From: Myxococcota bacterium
GTDB lineage: Bacteria; Myxococcota_A; UBA9160; SZUA-336
Direction: 5' to 3'
NCBI GenBank assembly: GCA_965247115.1
Contig: CBDFGR010000002.1
Location: 224,001-288,000, forward strand
Length of the DNA stretch: 64,000 nucleotides
Numbering within the stretch: position 1 is the stretch's first letter; each line of letters starts with the position of its first letter. Made by a program: the position numbers and the translations under genes. This document shows, in pieces, positions 20,588 to 28,954 of the stretch. Below the pieces are notes generated by a model that saw only the letters and a program-made list of their open reading frames with translations, was not told the origin of the DNA and made no database searches.

Positions 20588-21850
20588 CTACAGAAGATCC
20601 GGTGCCTGTGACTCGCGCCTGCGGGCCGCGGGACCTCGGCCTTCCCCGGGATGAGCGCGATGGTCGCCGATTAGCGCCTCATACTTTCTGGGCAGAGAGA
20701 TCACCTTCTCGGGCGCCGGCACAGGTTCGCGCCGTGGGGGCATAAGCTTCGGCGGTCGCAGCCGGCGTCTGGACCCGAGCAGCTGGTAGCGAATCTCCAT
20801 TGCCAGAAGCTCAGCTAACAGCGACGGGACGGCGTTCCCGAGCATCCGCTGGATGGCGCTGCGTCCACAGTCAAACGAGAGCCCGTCGGGGAACGTCTGA
20901 AGCCGGCACATCTCGTGGGCGGTGAGCCGACGGCTGTGCCAGTGGAACGGTCCCGTTGCGGTCCCAGGCTGGGCCTGGATCGTCCAGGCGGGACGGCTCT
21001 TCGCGAGCTTCAGAAGGAACGACCAGAAGCGCGTACGCCAGCCGAACAGTGGGTAGCCGCCGCCTCGCGGTGTGTGCCACAGGTAGTTCTCGCCCTCCGG
21101 AATCGTCGGGAGGAGGTCACCCCACTTCCCACACACCTGCAGCGACTCGTCATCCGGCTCCTCAGGAAGATCGCCGATGGCGTCCCATGCCGTGTGGTAC
21201 GGCTCGCGAGCCTTCGTGAAGAGGTCAACGTCGCTCTCATCGCCGTGGGTGGGCTCAGGGAACACGAACGGCGTGCCATCTCTGGCTCCGATGAGGAGCA
21301 CGCGCTCCCGCTGCTGCGGTACACCGAGCTCGGCAGCGTTCAGCACGCCCCACGAGACGCTGTACTTGGCTCCAGCCTGACGGTTGACCTCGTGAATCCC
21401 CTCAAGGAGATGTTGGAGGCCCTCGTCCTTTCCCTTGTACGCGAGGCCCTGGACGTTCTCGAGGAGGAATGCCTTCGGCCGTATGTCTCGAAGCACCCGA
21501 AGGTAGGCAGTCAGCGTGTCCGAACGAGGATCATCAAGCCGTGACACGTCTCCGGTCGACCAGTAGCCGCTCTTGGAGAACGGCTGGCAAGGCGGGCCAG
21601 CGATGAGAACGTCGGCGTCCCCAGCACGGAGATCAGCTGCTTGCAGGAGCAGCTCGGAGTCAAACTCGTGGATGTCACCTTCGAGGACCGGCCACTTCCG
21701 GTTGAGCCGGAGCGTGGAGCAGCAGACCGGGTCCATCTCCACTGCGACGGCGGTTCGGAAGCCGGCCGCCTCGAAGCCAAAATCGAGGCCCCCGACTCCC
21801 GTGTACAGACTGATCGCCTTGAGCAAGCTCTCCTCCCCCGGGGCACCCAT
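20588..21850 (-). CDS. DNA (cytosine-5) methyltransferase
   Basis: SLYTGVGG, AGPPCQPFS, LENV, QQRER, RLQTFPD, LGNAVP; the true start may be TTG 21826 after GGAGGAG. Confidence 0.95.
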   Translation of the reverse strand: MGAPGEESLLKAISLYTGVGGLDFGFEAAGFRTAVAVEMDPVCCSTLRLNRKWPVLEGDIHEFDSELLLQAADLRAGDADVLIAGPPCQPFSKSGYWSTGDVSRLDDPRSDTLTAYLRVLRDIRPKAFLLENVQGLAYKGKDEGLQHLLEGIHEVNRQAGAKYSVSWGVLNAAELGVPQQRERVLLIGARDGTPFVFPEPTHGDESDVDLFTKAREPYHTAWDAIGDLPEEPDDESLQVCGKWGDLLPTIPEGENYLWHTPRGGGYPLFGWRTRFWSFLLKLAKSRPAWTIQAQPGTATGPFHWHSRRLTAHEMCRLQTFPDGLSFDCGRSAIQRMLGNAVPSLLAELLAMEIRYQLLGSRRRLRPPKLMPPRREPVPAPEKVISLPRKYEALIGDHRAHPGEGRGPAARRRESQAPDLL

Positions 21851-21942
21851 ATTCTACCAGAGACGTGTCCCCAGCTTGCCCGGCTCGCCGGGGCCTCATC
21901 TGCCGTGAAGCTCTGCTTGCCTGTCGTCTGGACGTACGCACC

Positions 21943-22317
21943 TTAAGCAAGCCGACCCGGCAGGAGCTCGCGGCTGTGCGGCGCCTCCCCGTACTTCCAG
22001 CCCTGGACATGGAGCCGCGTAGGCTCGTAGTCCTGGCCGACGTACGTGTGGTACTCAGGCCGCTCGTGCTCGGTCCGCTCGATCGCCATCTGCCGCCCCT
22101 CGGGCGTGTCGAAGACGATATCTACGCCCTCCCCCCACCCGGGCCCGAACTGGTGCTTGCTCTTCTCGTGACCGCCCACGAGGGCGTTCCGCCTCTCGGT
22201 GCGGCAGCCCCCCGTCACCGATCCGCCATACCAGCAGCAGAGCTGCCAGCACCAGAGGACGAACTCGCCTACATCGACCCAATCGATCTGGTACGGCTCC
22301 GAGAGAGGCAGGCTCAT
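21943..22317 (-). CDS. Peptidase M15-like protein (second endolysin candidate)
   Basis: VTGGCRTERRNALVGGHEKSKH...GVDI...LHVQ resembles the M15A S-x-R...N..VGG...S-x-H...D...H pattern; ATGA overlap. Confidence 0.65.
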   Translation of the reverse strand: MSLPLSEPYQIDWVDVGEFVLWCWQLCCWYGGSVTGGCRTERRNALVGGHEKSKHQFGPGWGEGVDIVFDTPEGRQMAIERTEHERPEYHTYVGQDYEPTRLHVQGWKYGEAPHSRELLPGRLA

Positions 22318-22724
22318 GGCGCTGCCAGCGAACGCATCCAGTCCGGCTTCCTCTTGTTGTGCCGGCAGCGCAGGCCCGCTTCCGGTCCGCAGGTATCGTA
22401 AGCGCCGAAGTTTCCGCCCACGAAGACCGCGTGGTGGTAGAGGAACCGGACCCAGCGCCAGCGCCACGGCAGCGATGTGCGGATGTTCTCCTTGAGCTCC
22501 CCATCGGCGTCGTTCTTGCGCTGCCACGTCATCGAGCCGGCCGGGTGACAGCGGGTGCAGTACCTCCAGTCGTGGATCCGGCAGGCCCAGCGGAAGTCGA
22601 AGCCGAAGAGATCGTCCGGCGAGCTCGAGCAGCCGTCGTCCTGGAAGTGCTCCGGGATCTCTGCAAGCGTCCGCTTCGCCTCCTTCGGGATCGGCCGCTG
22701 CAGTCGGCCGTCTAGGAGCCCCAT
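22314..22724 (-). CDS. Prokaryotic phospholipase A2-like protein
   Basis: DGCSSSPD..GFDFRWACRIHDWRY...RKNDAD...LYHHAV matches the prokaryotic PLA2 His-Asp motif. Confidence 0.65.
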   Translation of the reverse strand: MGLLDGRLQRPIPKEAKRTLAEIPEHFQDDGCSSSPDDLFGFDFRWACRIHDWRYCTRCHPAGSMTWQRKNDADGELKENIRTSLPWRWRWVRFLYHHAVFVGGNFGAYDTCGPEAGLRCRHNKRKPDWMRSLAAP

Positions 22725-22742
22725 TCCCTTCTCATCCCCCGC

Positions 22743-22964
22743 TCACTCATCGACCGTGGCGCGGCCCGTGATCGGGACCTCGTCCGCTCGAGCGGGTTTG
22801 TCGCTGCATCCGACCCGCAGGCCGTTGCCCATGACGTTGAGCTCGGCCTCTGCGCCGCCCTCGAAGCCGCAGACATCCCACCGGACCCAGCCGTGCTCTC
22901 CCGGCCCGATCTGCATTGCGCAGGCGGGCAGGAGCAGCATCCACGCGATCATCGCAATCCGCAC
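22743..22964 (-). CDS. Small lipoprotein (o-spanin-like candidate)
   Basis: MRIAMIAWMLLLPAC lipobox; directly after the endolysin. Confidence 0.55.
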   Translation of the reverse strand: MRIAMIAWMLLLPACAMQIGPGEHGWVRWDVCGFEGGAEAELNVMGNGLRVGCSDKPARADEVPITGRATVDE

Positions 22965-23383
22965 TACGCTTCCTCCGAGAGTGGCGACTTTGGGTCGAGC
23001 TCCAGATGGATGTGGCCCACGAGCACGCGCTCTCCCTTGCGCGGGCCCGATCGGAGGGTGTGGTTGTGTTCCTCGTAGAGGACGTCGTAGCGGCCCTTGC
23101 CGTACTTCGCCTCGAGGCGTCCTTGAATCCGGCCCGCCCACGCGGGGCCCTCGACCTCCCAGGGCTTCACGATGTTCCAGACGCGCAGGTCGAAGGCCTT
23201 GTCGGCGTAGTGGAAGCTTCCGTCCTTGTGGATCCCGTCGTTGGCGCTGGTGATGACGATGCGGCCGTCGGTGGTGACTGGCGCCGTGTCCTGCGCGGCG
23301 TGGAGCATGCAGACGACCTCTGGCTCCAGGTGGCCTGCATTCAGCTTGACCGCCGCACTCTTGGTCCGCAGCACGGGCCTCAA
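22964..23383 (-). CDS. Endolysin, peptidase M15 / hedgehog-DD-peptidase fold
   Basis: IVITSANDGIH..GSFHY..KAFDLR...HIHLE; likely TTG start overlapping the holin stop. Confidence 0.75.
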   Translation of the reverse strand: MRPVLRTKSAAVKLNAGHLEPEVVCMLHAAQDTAPVTTDGRIVITSANDGIHKDGSFHYADKAFDLRVWNIVKPWEVEGPAWAGRIQGRLEAKYGKGRYDVLYEEHNHTLRSGPRKGERVLVGHIHLELDPKSPLSEEA

Positions 23384-23586
23384 TCGGCTTCCCCCTCCGT
23401 GCGCCCTTCCATGAAACTCAGGCGGCTTTCGTGGTCTCCGACCTGGCCGTTCATCTTCTCCTGAGCGACGCGTAGCATTTCGACGCGCTCGAGGATCCGG
23501 CCCGTCCGCAAGAGGGTCACAGCGATGAGCGGAACCATCGCGACGGCAATTCCCGACGTCGTGAGCTGGATCCAAGTCTCCATCAC
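23380..23586 (-). CDS. Putative holin (single TM)
   Basis: 68 aa, N-terminal TM, DHESRLSFME tail, upstream of the endolysin. Confidence 0.55.
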   Translation of the reverse strand: MMETWIQLTTSGIAVAMVPLIAVTLLRTGRILERVEMLRVAQEKMNGQVGDHESRLSFMEGRTEGEAD

Positions 23587-26357
23587 CGAGTACCCTCCGG
23601 GACCCGAGTACCCTCCGGGACTTCGACCTTCCCCGAGGTGAGGCTCAGCGAGCGCAGGGCTGTCACAGAGGTACCGAGAGTCTGCAGGACAGCGTCGAGC
23701 ACCTCGGGCTCGGAGCCGAACTCGTCGAGGAGATCATGGATGATGGGCAGAGCACTTGCGCCGATCCCCCTGGCCACAGGCCCCGAAGGTCCCCACTTCC
23801 GAGTGAGCCATCGCTTCGCGCCCGGGATCGTCATCAGCGTTGCGAGCATTCGGTACTTGACGATCCGCATGAGGGTGGTTGGAAGGTTCGTCAGGTCTGC
23901 CATCTTCCGGATCTGCGTCCCGGCAGCCAGCACGCCAGCGGTCGTCGCTGTGGCCTCGCGCTGGAGCTTCGCTGCGCCGACCGTCGCGTAGTCCCGCATC
24001 AGGTCGAAAGCATCGGGCCCAAGGATCTTCCTAAGCTTGATGGCCGAGTCGATCTGGTCGTCGCCAAACCACGTGTTCATGAGCCTCACGAGCTTCTTCG
24101 CATCTGCAGCGATGCCGGAGTCCTGCAATCCCAGAAGGACGCTCATGAGCTCGTCGGGATTCGGATTCCTCTCTGCAGCCTCCATCATCGTCGCCATCAT
24201 CCGACGGCGGATCCTGCGAACGAGCGGATCCTTGTCTCCGCCTAGCTTCTGGAAGACCGCGAGCACGTCCTCCGCCGATCCCTTCTTCATCAGGTGCCGG
24301 ACGAACTTGCTCGGCTCGATCGCGGAGCGGCCCAGGTCGTTCCGTAGGAACGGCTTGACGACCTCGTTCTGGTATTCCCGAGCAGCCCTGTCCTCGAGTT
24401 GCTTGGCGCGTCGCAGCGTTGCGAGGGCCTCGTCGCCCTTCAAGTTCCGGAGGTCTGGCAGGTCGATCAGTTTGTGGGACGCAGCTAGGGTTCGGAGCTG
24501 CTGATCGATCTCGGGGACACTGTCACCGTAGAGTTCCCGCTTCATCGATGGGCTCAACCCATCCCAGGTCCCCACGAGTTTGTCCGAGCTGATCGACGTC
24601 CCGCCGTCGCGCCGCAACAACGACTTGGAGTTCTCCAGCATGTCGCCGAACTGCGAGCCGACCAAGGCCTGATACTCGGCAGAATCCGCACCGAAGAAGG
24701 TCTTGATGCGCTGGACCGTGTCGAGCTCGCCGGCATTCACGTACCGGCGGAAATAGGTGCTCTTGGGGACGAAACCGTGCTCGGTTGCCTCGACGAAGAG
24801 CTCACGCACACCGCGCTCTAGGAACTGGTCGTGGAACTTCGCGTGGTAGGCGTTTGCGAGTAGTAGGGCGTCTGCAGCGTCTCCATGTCCCATGCCGCGC
24901 AGCCTGCCCGGTACCTCTTCCAGCCCCCGAGTGATTCCTCCGGCCAAGAACTTGAGCTGGCCGTCCGGGATACCTGCGAGGATATCGGGCACGCCTATTG
25001 CGTCGTTCAGCGTCTGCCGGAGCACCTTCGCCTGCCGAACCGTGATCGGCCCGTCGATCTGCAGGAAGGCGTTGAGCTTCGTGCGGACGGCTGGATCGAA
25101 AGCGATGGGAGAGATGCCCCCGGGAAGCTCCATCTTGATTGCCTGGCCGCTCGCGTCGAGGATTGGGCCGTCGACCACCTTCGGCCTCTCCCGGACCGCG
25201 TCTCCTAGCAAGTTCTCCACGCGGCGCTGGAGTTCCCCGAGATCGACGATCTTCATGTCGTTCGCGGTCCCATTGTCTATGGGCGTCTCGTAGAACCCAC
25301 CGAAGAGTCGTTCGTCATTCGCGCGGAACACCTGGCGTCTGGTCTGGGCGCCGATCGTCGCGAAGTTCGCAGCCGTCTCGACCGAGAGCCCTATCGGTCC
25401 CTCGCCGCCGCCCATATCAGCCCGGATCGCCGACAGCTTCCTGGAGGCCTGCTGCTCCGCGCTTCTCTCGAAGCTGTTTCGGACGCGGATGTAGCGGTCG
25501 TACTGGTCACTCAGCCTCAGCGTGGCCTCGATCCCGATTTCGCGAGAGGCGGCGAGCTCGCCGAACTCGGATCCAAGGTCGTTCTGCAGCCACTGGATTG
25601 CCTCGTCCTCTTGCCGTGCCAGCTTCTGGAGCCGGCCTGCAGAGCCCGGAAGGCGACCGTAGAACGACTCCGCTCGCAGCAAGCTGGGCGCGCCACTGAT
25701 CTCTCCCGTGCTCAACAGGTCGCGGGCAACCTTCTGACCAGGGAGTCGACCCGCGAGCCGATCGGCCGCCTCAATCAATCCTTGGCGCTCTGCGACTTGC
25801 TTCCCGAGCGGTGCGACGAGCTTCTTACCAAACTTACCGCCGAGAAAGGACAGTGGTGACAGGAGGAGATCGGTTGAGATCTCGGCAAACCGTGGCTCCA
25901 GTGGATCGCCAGTAATTGGCTCGCCAGTAAGAAATCGTCCCGCCGCCCGGCCAGCCAGGGCTCCGGCCACATCTCCAACGATAGCTCCGCCGGGGAACGG
26001 CAACGCGGCACCAATCACGGAGCCTACGGCGGCTCCAGTCACCTCGGTGCCAACCCTCACGGCACCTGCCGCCTCTGGCGAAAAAGGTACGCCCAGCACC
26101 GTCGAACTCCGTTCCAAGGTCTCGCGCACCGACCGCTCCAACTGCGTTGCCGGGTCTTCTGGCTCCGGCCTCTCGAGCTCCGGGACTCTCGATTCGGCGA
26201 CCTCGAAGGTCTTGCCGGTCGTGACCATGCGTCTGAAATCTTCGCGCGAGAGTTGCGGGCCGGGGAATGGGCGAGCAGGATCTTTCAGGAACGGGTCGGT
26301 CGCATCATTGGGGCTCACCGTTGCGAGCTCGCGGAATCTCTCACGCGTTAGTCCCAT
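23583..26357 (-). CDS. Large internal virion / DNA ejection protein
   Basis: 924 aa, helical, Gly/Ala hydrophobic segment, last of three ejection-type genes. Confidence 0.6.
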   Translation of the reverse strand: MGLTRERFRELATVSPNDATDPFLKDPARPFPGPQLSREDFRRMVTTGKTFEVAESRVPELERPEPEDPATQLERSVRETLERSSTVLGVPFSPEAAGAVRVGTEVTGAAVGSVIGAALPFPGGAIVGDVAGALAGRAAGRFLTGEPITGDPLEPRFAEISTDLLLSPLSFLGGKFGKKLVAPLGKQVAERQGLIEAADRLAGRLPGQKVARDLLSTGEISGAPSLLRAESFYGRLPGSAGRLQKLARQEDEAIQWLQNDLGSEFGELAASREIGIEATLRLSDQYDRYIRVRNSFERSAEQQASRKLSAIRADMGGGEGPIGLSVETAANFATIGAQTRRQVFRANDERLFGGFYETPIDNGTANDMKIVDLGELQRRVENLLGDAVRERPKVVDGPILDASGQAIKMELPGGISPIAFDPAVRTKLNAFLQIDGPITVRQAKVLRQTLNDAIGVPDILAGIPDGQLKFLAGGITRGLEEVPGRLRGMGHGDAADALLLANAYHAKFHDQFLERGVRELFVEATEHGFVPKSTYFRRYVNAGELDTVQRIKTFFGADSAEYQALVGSQFGDMLENSKSLLRRDGGTSISSDKLVGTWDGLSPSMKRELYGDSVPEIDQQLRTLAASHKLIDLPDLRNLKGDEALATLRRAKQLEDRAAREYQNEVVKPFLRNDLGRSAIEPSKFVRHLMKKGSAEDVLAVFQKLGGDKDPLVRRIRRRMMATMMEAAERNPNPDELMSVLLGLQDSGIAADAKKLVRLMNTWFGDDQIDSAIKLRKILGPDAFDLMRDYATVGAAKLQREATATTAGVLAAGTQIRKMADLTNLPTTLMRIVKYRMLATLMTIPGAKRWLTRKWGPSGPVARGIGASALPIIHDLLDEFGSEPEVLDAVLQTLGTSVTALRSLSLTSGKVEVPEGTRVPEGTR

Positions 26358-27583
26358 CAGTCCGTGAACGCGCCGCGACGCTCGAGTTCGGCTTGGGCAG
26401 CCTCCATCGTGAGCTCGCGGGTCCGGACCATGACAACGAGCTGGTCGACGGTCAGATTCGTGAGGTCGAGGTCTCCGGTAGGTGTCTCGCCCTTGAGTAA
26501 TGCAGTCGCGCTCTCGAGGCTCGTGTTGATCTGCCGCTGGAACCCGTCGAGGAGGGCAATCGTCTTCTTCGGGCTGCTGCGTAGGCCGGTGAGGCCTACC
26601 TGTCGCCGCAGGCGTTCGAAGTCCTTGTCGCTGACGGCCCGGCCTTTTTGCGCAAAGAGGATGCGGGCCATGTCAAAGGCGATTGCAACCTCAAGTTGTT
26701 CGAGTTCGGCCATCGTGGTGTCAAACTGACCCTCGAAGTTGAAGTCGGGCGTGAAGATTTCGGGCGTGAAGGCCGCTGTGGCGAGAACTTCGCCGAAAGC
26801 TCCCGTGATCTGCGCGACGGCGTCCTGGCGGAGACTGCGGATGAATCCGGGTGTGCCGAGCACCTTCTGGCCGTGTTCTCGCACAAGCGATCGTGCAAGA
26901 GCGAGGTTGGTACTCGCGCTCGCGCCCGCAGCGAGGATCTCCCTCTGAGTGCGGGCGCCGATCCTGTCGAACTCGCCCGCACCAGCGACCTCTCCCCGAG
27001 TTGGAATCCCGAGCTTCCATGCGCCGGCCTCGAGCAGCCCCGGAATTCTGGGATCGCTGGCAAGGAAGTCACGCTCACTGCCATTCGGCATTCGCAAGCG
27101 TGTAATTCCTGTCTCCTGTCGTTTCGGCTCTGGCCCCCGCGCCGACTCAATGATCGACTTGGATTCAGCACCCGTGCCTCCGGCAGCAAAGTGCTCTCGC
27201 CTCGCCGCTTGCAGACCGTCCACACGAATGTCGCCGGGCTGGATACGCCTTTCATCAGCGGCCTGGGCGGCTTCTGAGAGACTCGCACGCGATTCGTAGA
27301 GCTTAGCCCTGGCCTGTGCTTCCGCGGCCGCCGCCTGGCGCTGCTGGAGGACGTCGAAGATCTGCGCCATGCCGGTGTCCGGTGCCAACTGCTGGATGAA
27401 CCGGAACCCGGTCTCGGGGTCGTCGCGCAGGACCTCCGCGAGCTGCGCGCCCGTCGGATCGTTCGGAGCGCCCGCGCTTTCCAAGATCTGCGCGGCGAGC
27501 TCCGCCTGGTCTCGGAGGTTGCGACCCTCGACGATCCCTCGAAGAGCTCCGCCGATTGCTGAACCGAGTGCTTCGCCGCCCAT
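26357..27583 (-). CDS. Putative ejection protein (P22 gp20-like position)
   Basis: 408 aa, LGSAIGGAL N-terminus, Ala/Gln-rich; synteny. Confidence 0.55.
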   Translation of the reverse strand: MGGEALGSAIGGALRGIVEGRNLRDQAELAAQILESAGAPNDPTGAQLAEVLRDDPETGFRFIQQLAPDTGMAQIFDVLQQRQAAAAEAQARAKLYESRASLSEAAQAADERRIQPGDIRVDGLQAARREHFAAGGTGAESKSIIESARGPEPKRQETGITRLRMPNGSERDFLASDPRIPGLLEAGAWKLGIPTRGEVAGAGEFDRIGARTQREILAAGASASTNLALARSLVREHGQKVLGTPGFIRSLRQDAVAQITGAFGEVLATAAFTPEIFTPDFNFEGQFDTTMAELEQLEVAIAFDMARILFAQKGRAVSDKDFERLRRQVGLTGLRSSPKKTIALLDGFQRQINTSLESATALLKGETPTGDLDLTNLTVDQLVVMVRTRELTMEAAQAELERRGAFTD

Positions 27584-28395
27584 TACCCGAAAAATCCCCC
27601 CGCGGCTCCTCCGATCGACGCTCCTGCTACGGCTCCGGCCGGACCACCCAAGAAGGCGCCACCGATGCCTCCGGCGATGGTTCCCAGCGCACTGCCGAGA
27701 CCCCCCCTATCCTTGCTCTGCACACCCGGAATGGGCGTGTTGAGGCTCATCGGCAAGAGTCCCAGCGCCGGATTGAAGACCGGCTGCGCCTCTAGGAAAC
27801 GCCGGAAGGCGTCGGCCATCTGTTCTCCCTGGATCGCACGCTGCGTCTCGCCGGTCGTCGCGCGAACCGCGATGCCACTGAGCTCGTTCGCAAGGGAACT
27901 CTGGATCGCGGGTCCGACGCGGTCGAGCGCGCGCTCGCGAGAGCCGATCTGCGCGAGCTGGAGTCCCGACCGCGCAGCCAGGAGCTGCTCGTTCACGTCC
28001 GATCCTGCGAGCGCGAGGGCCCGAGCGCGGACACCGGAGTTCGCGATCCCTCTGGCGGCAAACCGCTGATCGATGCCGGGGAGGATGTCCCGCTCGAACT
28101 GCCTGAGCGTCGGCCGGGCGATGCCCGCCTGGAAGATCTCTTCCAACTCATCGGCACGGAATGCCGGATCCGCAGAGAGAAGACGCTCGAGCGCCGCCGT
28201 GCGTTCGCCACCGCTACCGAAGCTGCCCGCAAGTTCGAAGCCTTGCTGCTGCAGCTCGGAGGCCCCGGGGGCGAGGTCCCCGGTGAACTGCGGCCCGGGC
28301 TGGCCGATCTGGGGTCGAAGGAAGTCGTTGATCGACTTCGTGATCGCGAGTCGTTCTCCGATCAGCGCGGCCGCGCGGCGTCGTCCACCGGACAT
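27583..28395 (-). CDS. Putative ejection/pilot protein (P22 gp7-like)
   Basis: Gln-rich coiled region, C-terminal glycine zipper GGIGGAFLGGPAGAVAGASIGG. Confidence 0.6.
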   Translation of the reverse strand: MSGGRRRAAALIGERLAITKSINDFLRPQIGQPGPQFTGDLAPGASELQQQGFELAGSFGSGGERTAALERLLSADPAFRADELEEIFQAGIARPTLRQFERDILPGIDQRFAARGIANSGVRARALALAGSDVNEQLLAARSGLQLAQIGSRERALDRVGPAIQSSLANELSGIAVRATTGETQRAIQGEQMADAFRRFLEAQPVFNPALGLLPMSLNTPIPGVQSKDRGGLGSALGTIAGGIGGAFLGGPAGAVAGASIGGAAGGFFG

Positions 28396-28396
28396 C

Positions 28397-28753
28397 CTAG
28401 CCCCCCAATCCCGGAATCGGCCGCCGGGACACCGACCCGATGATCTTTTCCGCAACCCGGAGTTGTGGCGTCAGGAACCGCGCCGGCCCGACATTCCCCG
28501 CCGGCAGACCACGCGCGGACAGATCGAGCATCTCGAGAAGCCGGCGCCGCTCGGTCGCGCCCGCGAGACCTTTGAGTGCGCCCTTTATGATGTCTCGAGT
28601 CGTGACGCGCGCAGCATCGCTCGAATCACCTGTGTTGCCCGTAACGACGTCACCAAGCCCACGTAGCACACTGCCGAAGAGGCCGCCCTCGGCCTGGGGG
28701 TCGAGTCCGGGGACTGGAATTCCGGGAACTGGAATTGGTGTGCGGATAGCCAT
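28397..28753 (-). CDS. Phage hypothetical protein
   Basis: 118 aa ORF packed in the late operon. Confidence 0.55.
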   Translation of the reverse strand: MAIRTPIPVPGIPVPGLDPQAEGGLFGSVLRGLGDVVTGNTGDSSDAARVTTRDIIKGALKGLAGATERRRLLEMLDLSARGLPAGNVGPARFLTPQLRVAEKIIGSVSRRPIPGLGG

Positions 28754-28765
28754 CTGGATGGTTCC

Positions 28766-28954
28766 CTAAGGCTCGAGGTCTTCCACTCGTCGCGTCAGAT
28801 AGTCGATCTCGCCTTTCAGCTCGTCGAACTCGTTCTCGATCGAATGCCGGAAGCGCCGGAGCATTCTGGCTAGCTCTTGGGTGTTGCGCTCGCGAATCGC
28901 CTTCTCTTGAAACTCGAGCTGCGTACGCGTCTGCTGTCGTGGCGGCTGGGTCAT
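28766..28954 (-). CDS. Small coiled-coil phage protein
   Basis: ATGA overlap with the upstream gene; heptad pattern. Confidence 0.55.
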   Translation of the reverse strand: MTQPPRQQTRTQLEFQEKAIRERNTQELARMLRRFRHSIENEFDELKGEIDYLTRRVEDLEP

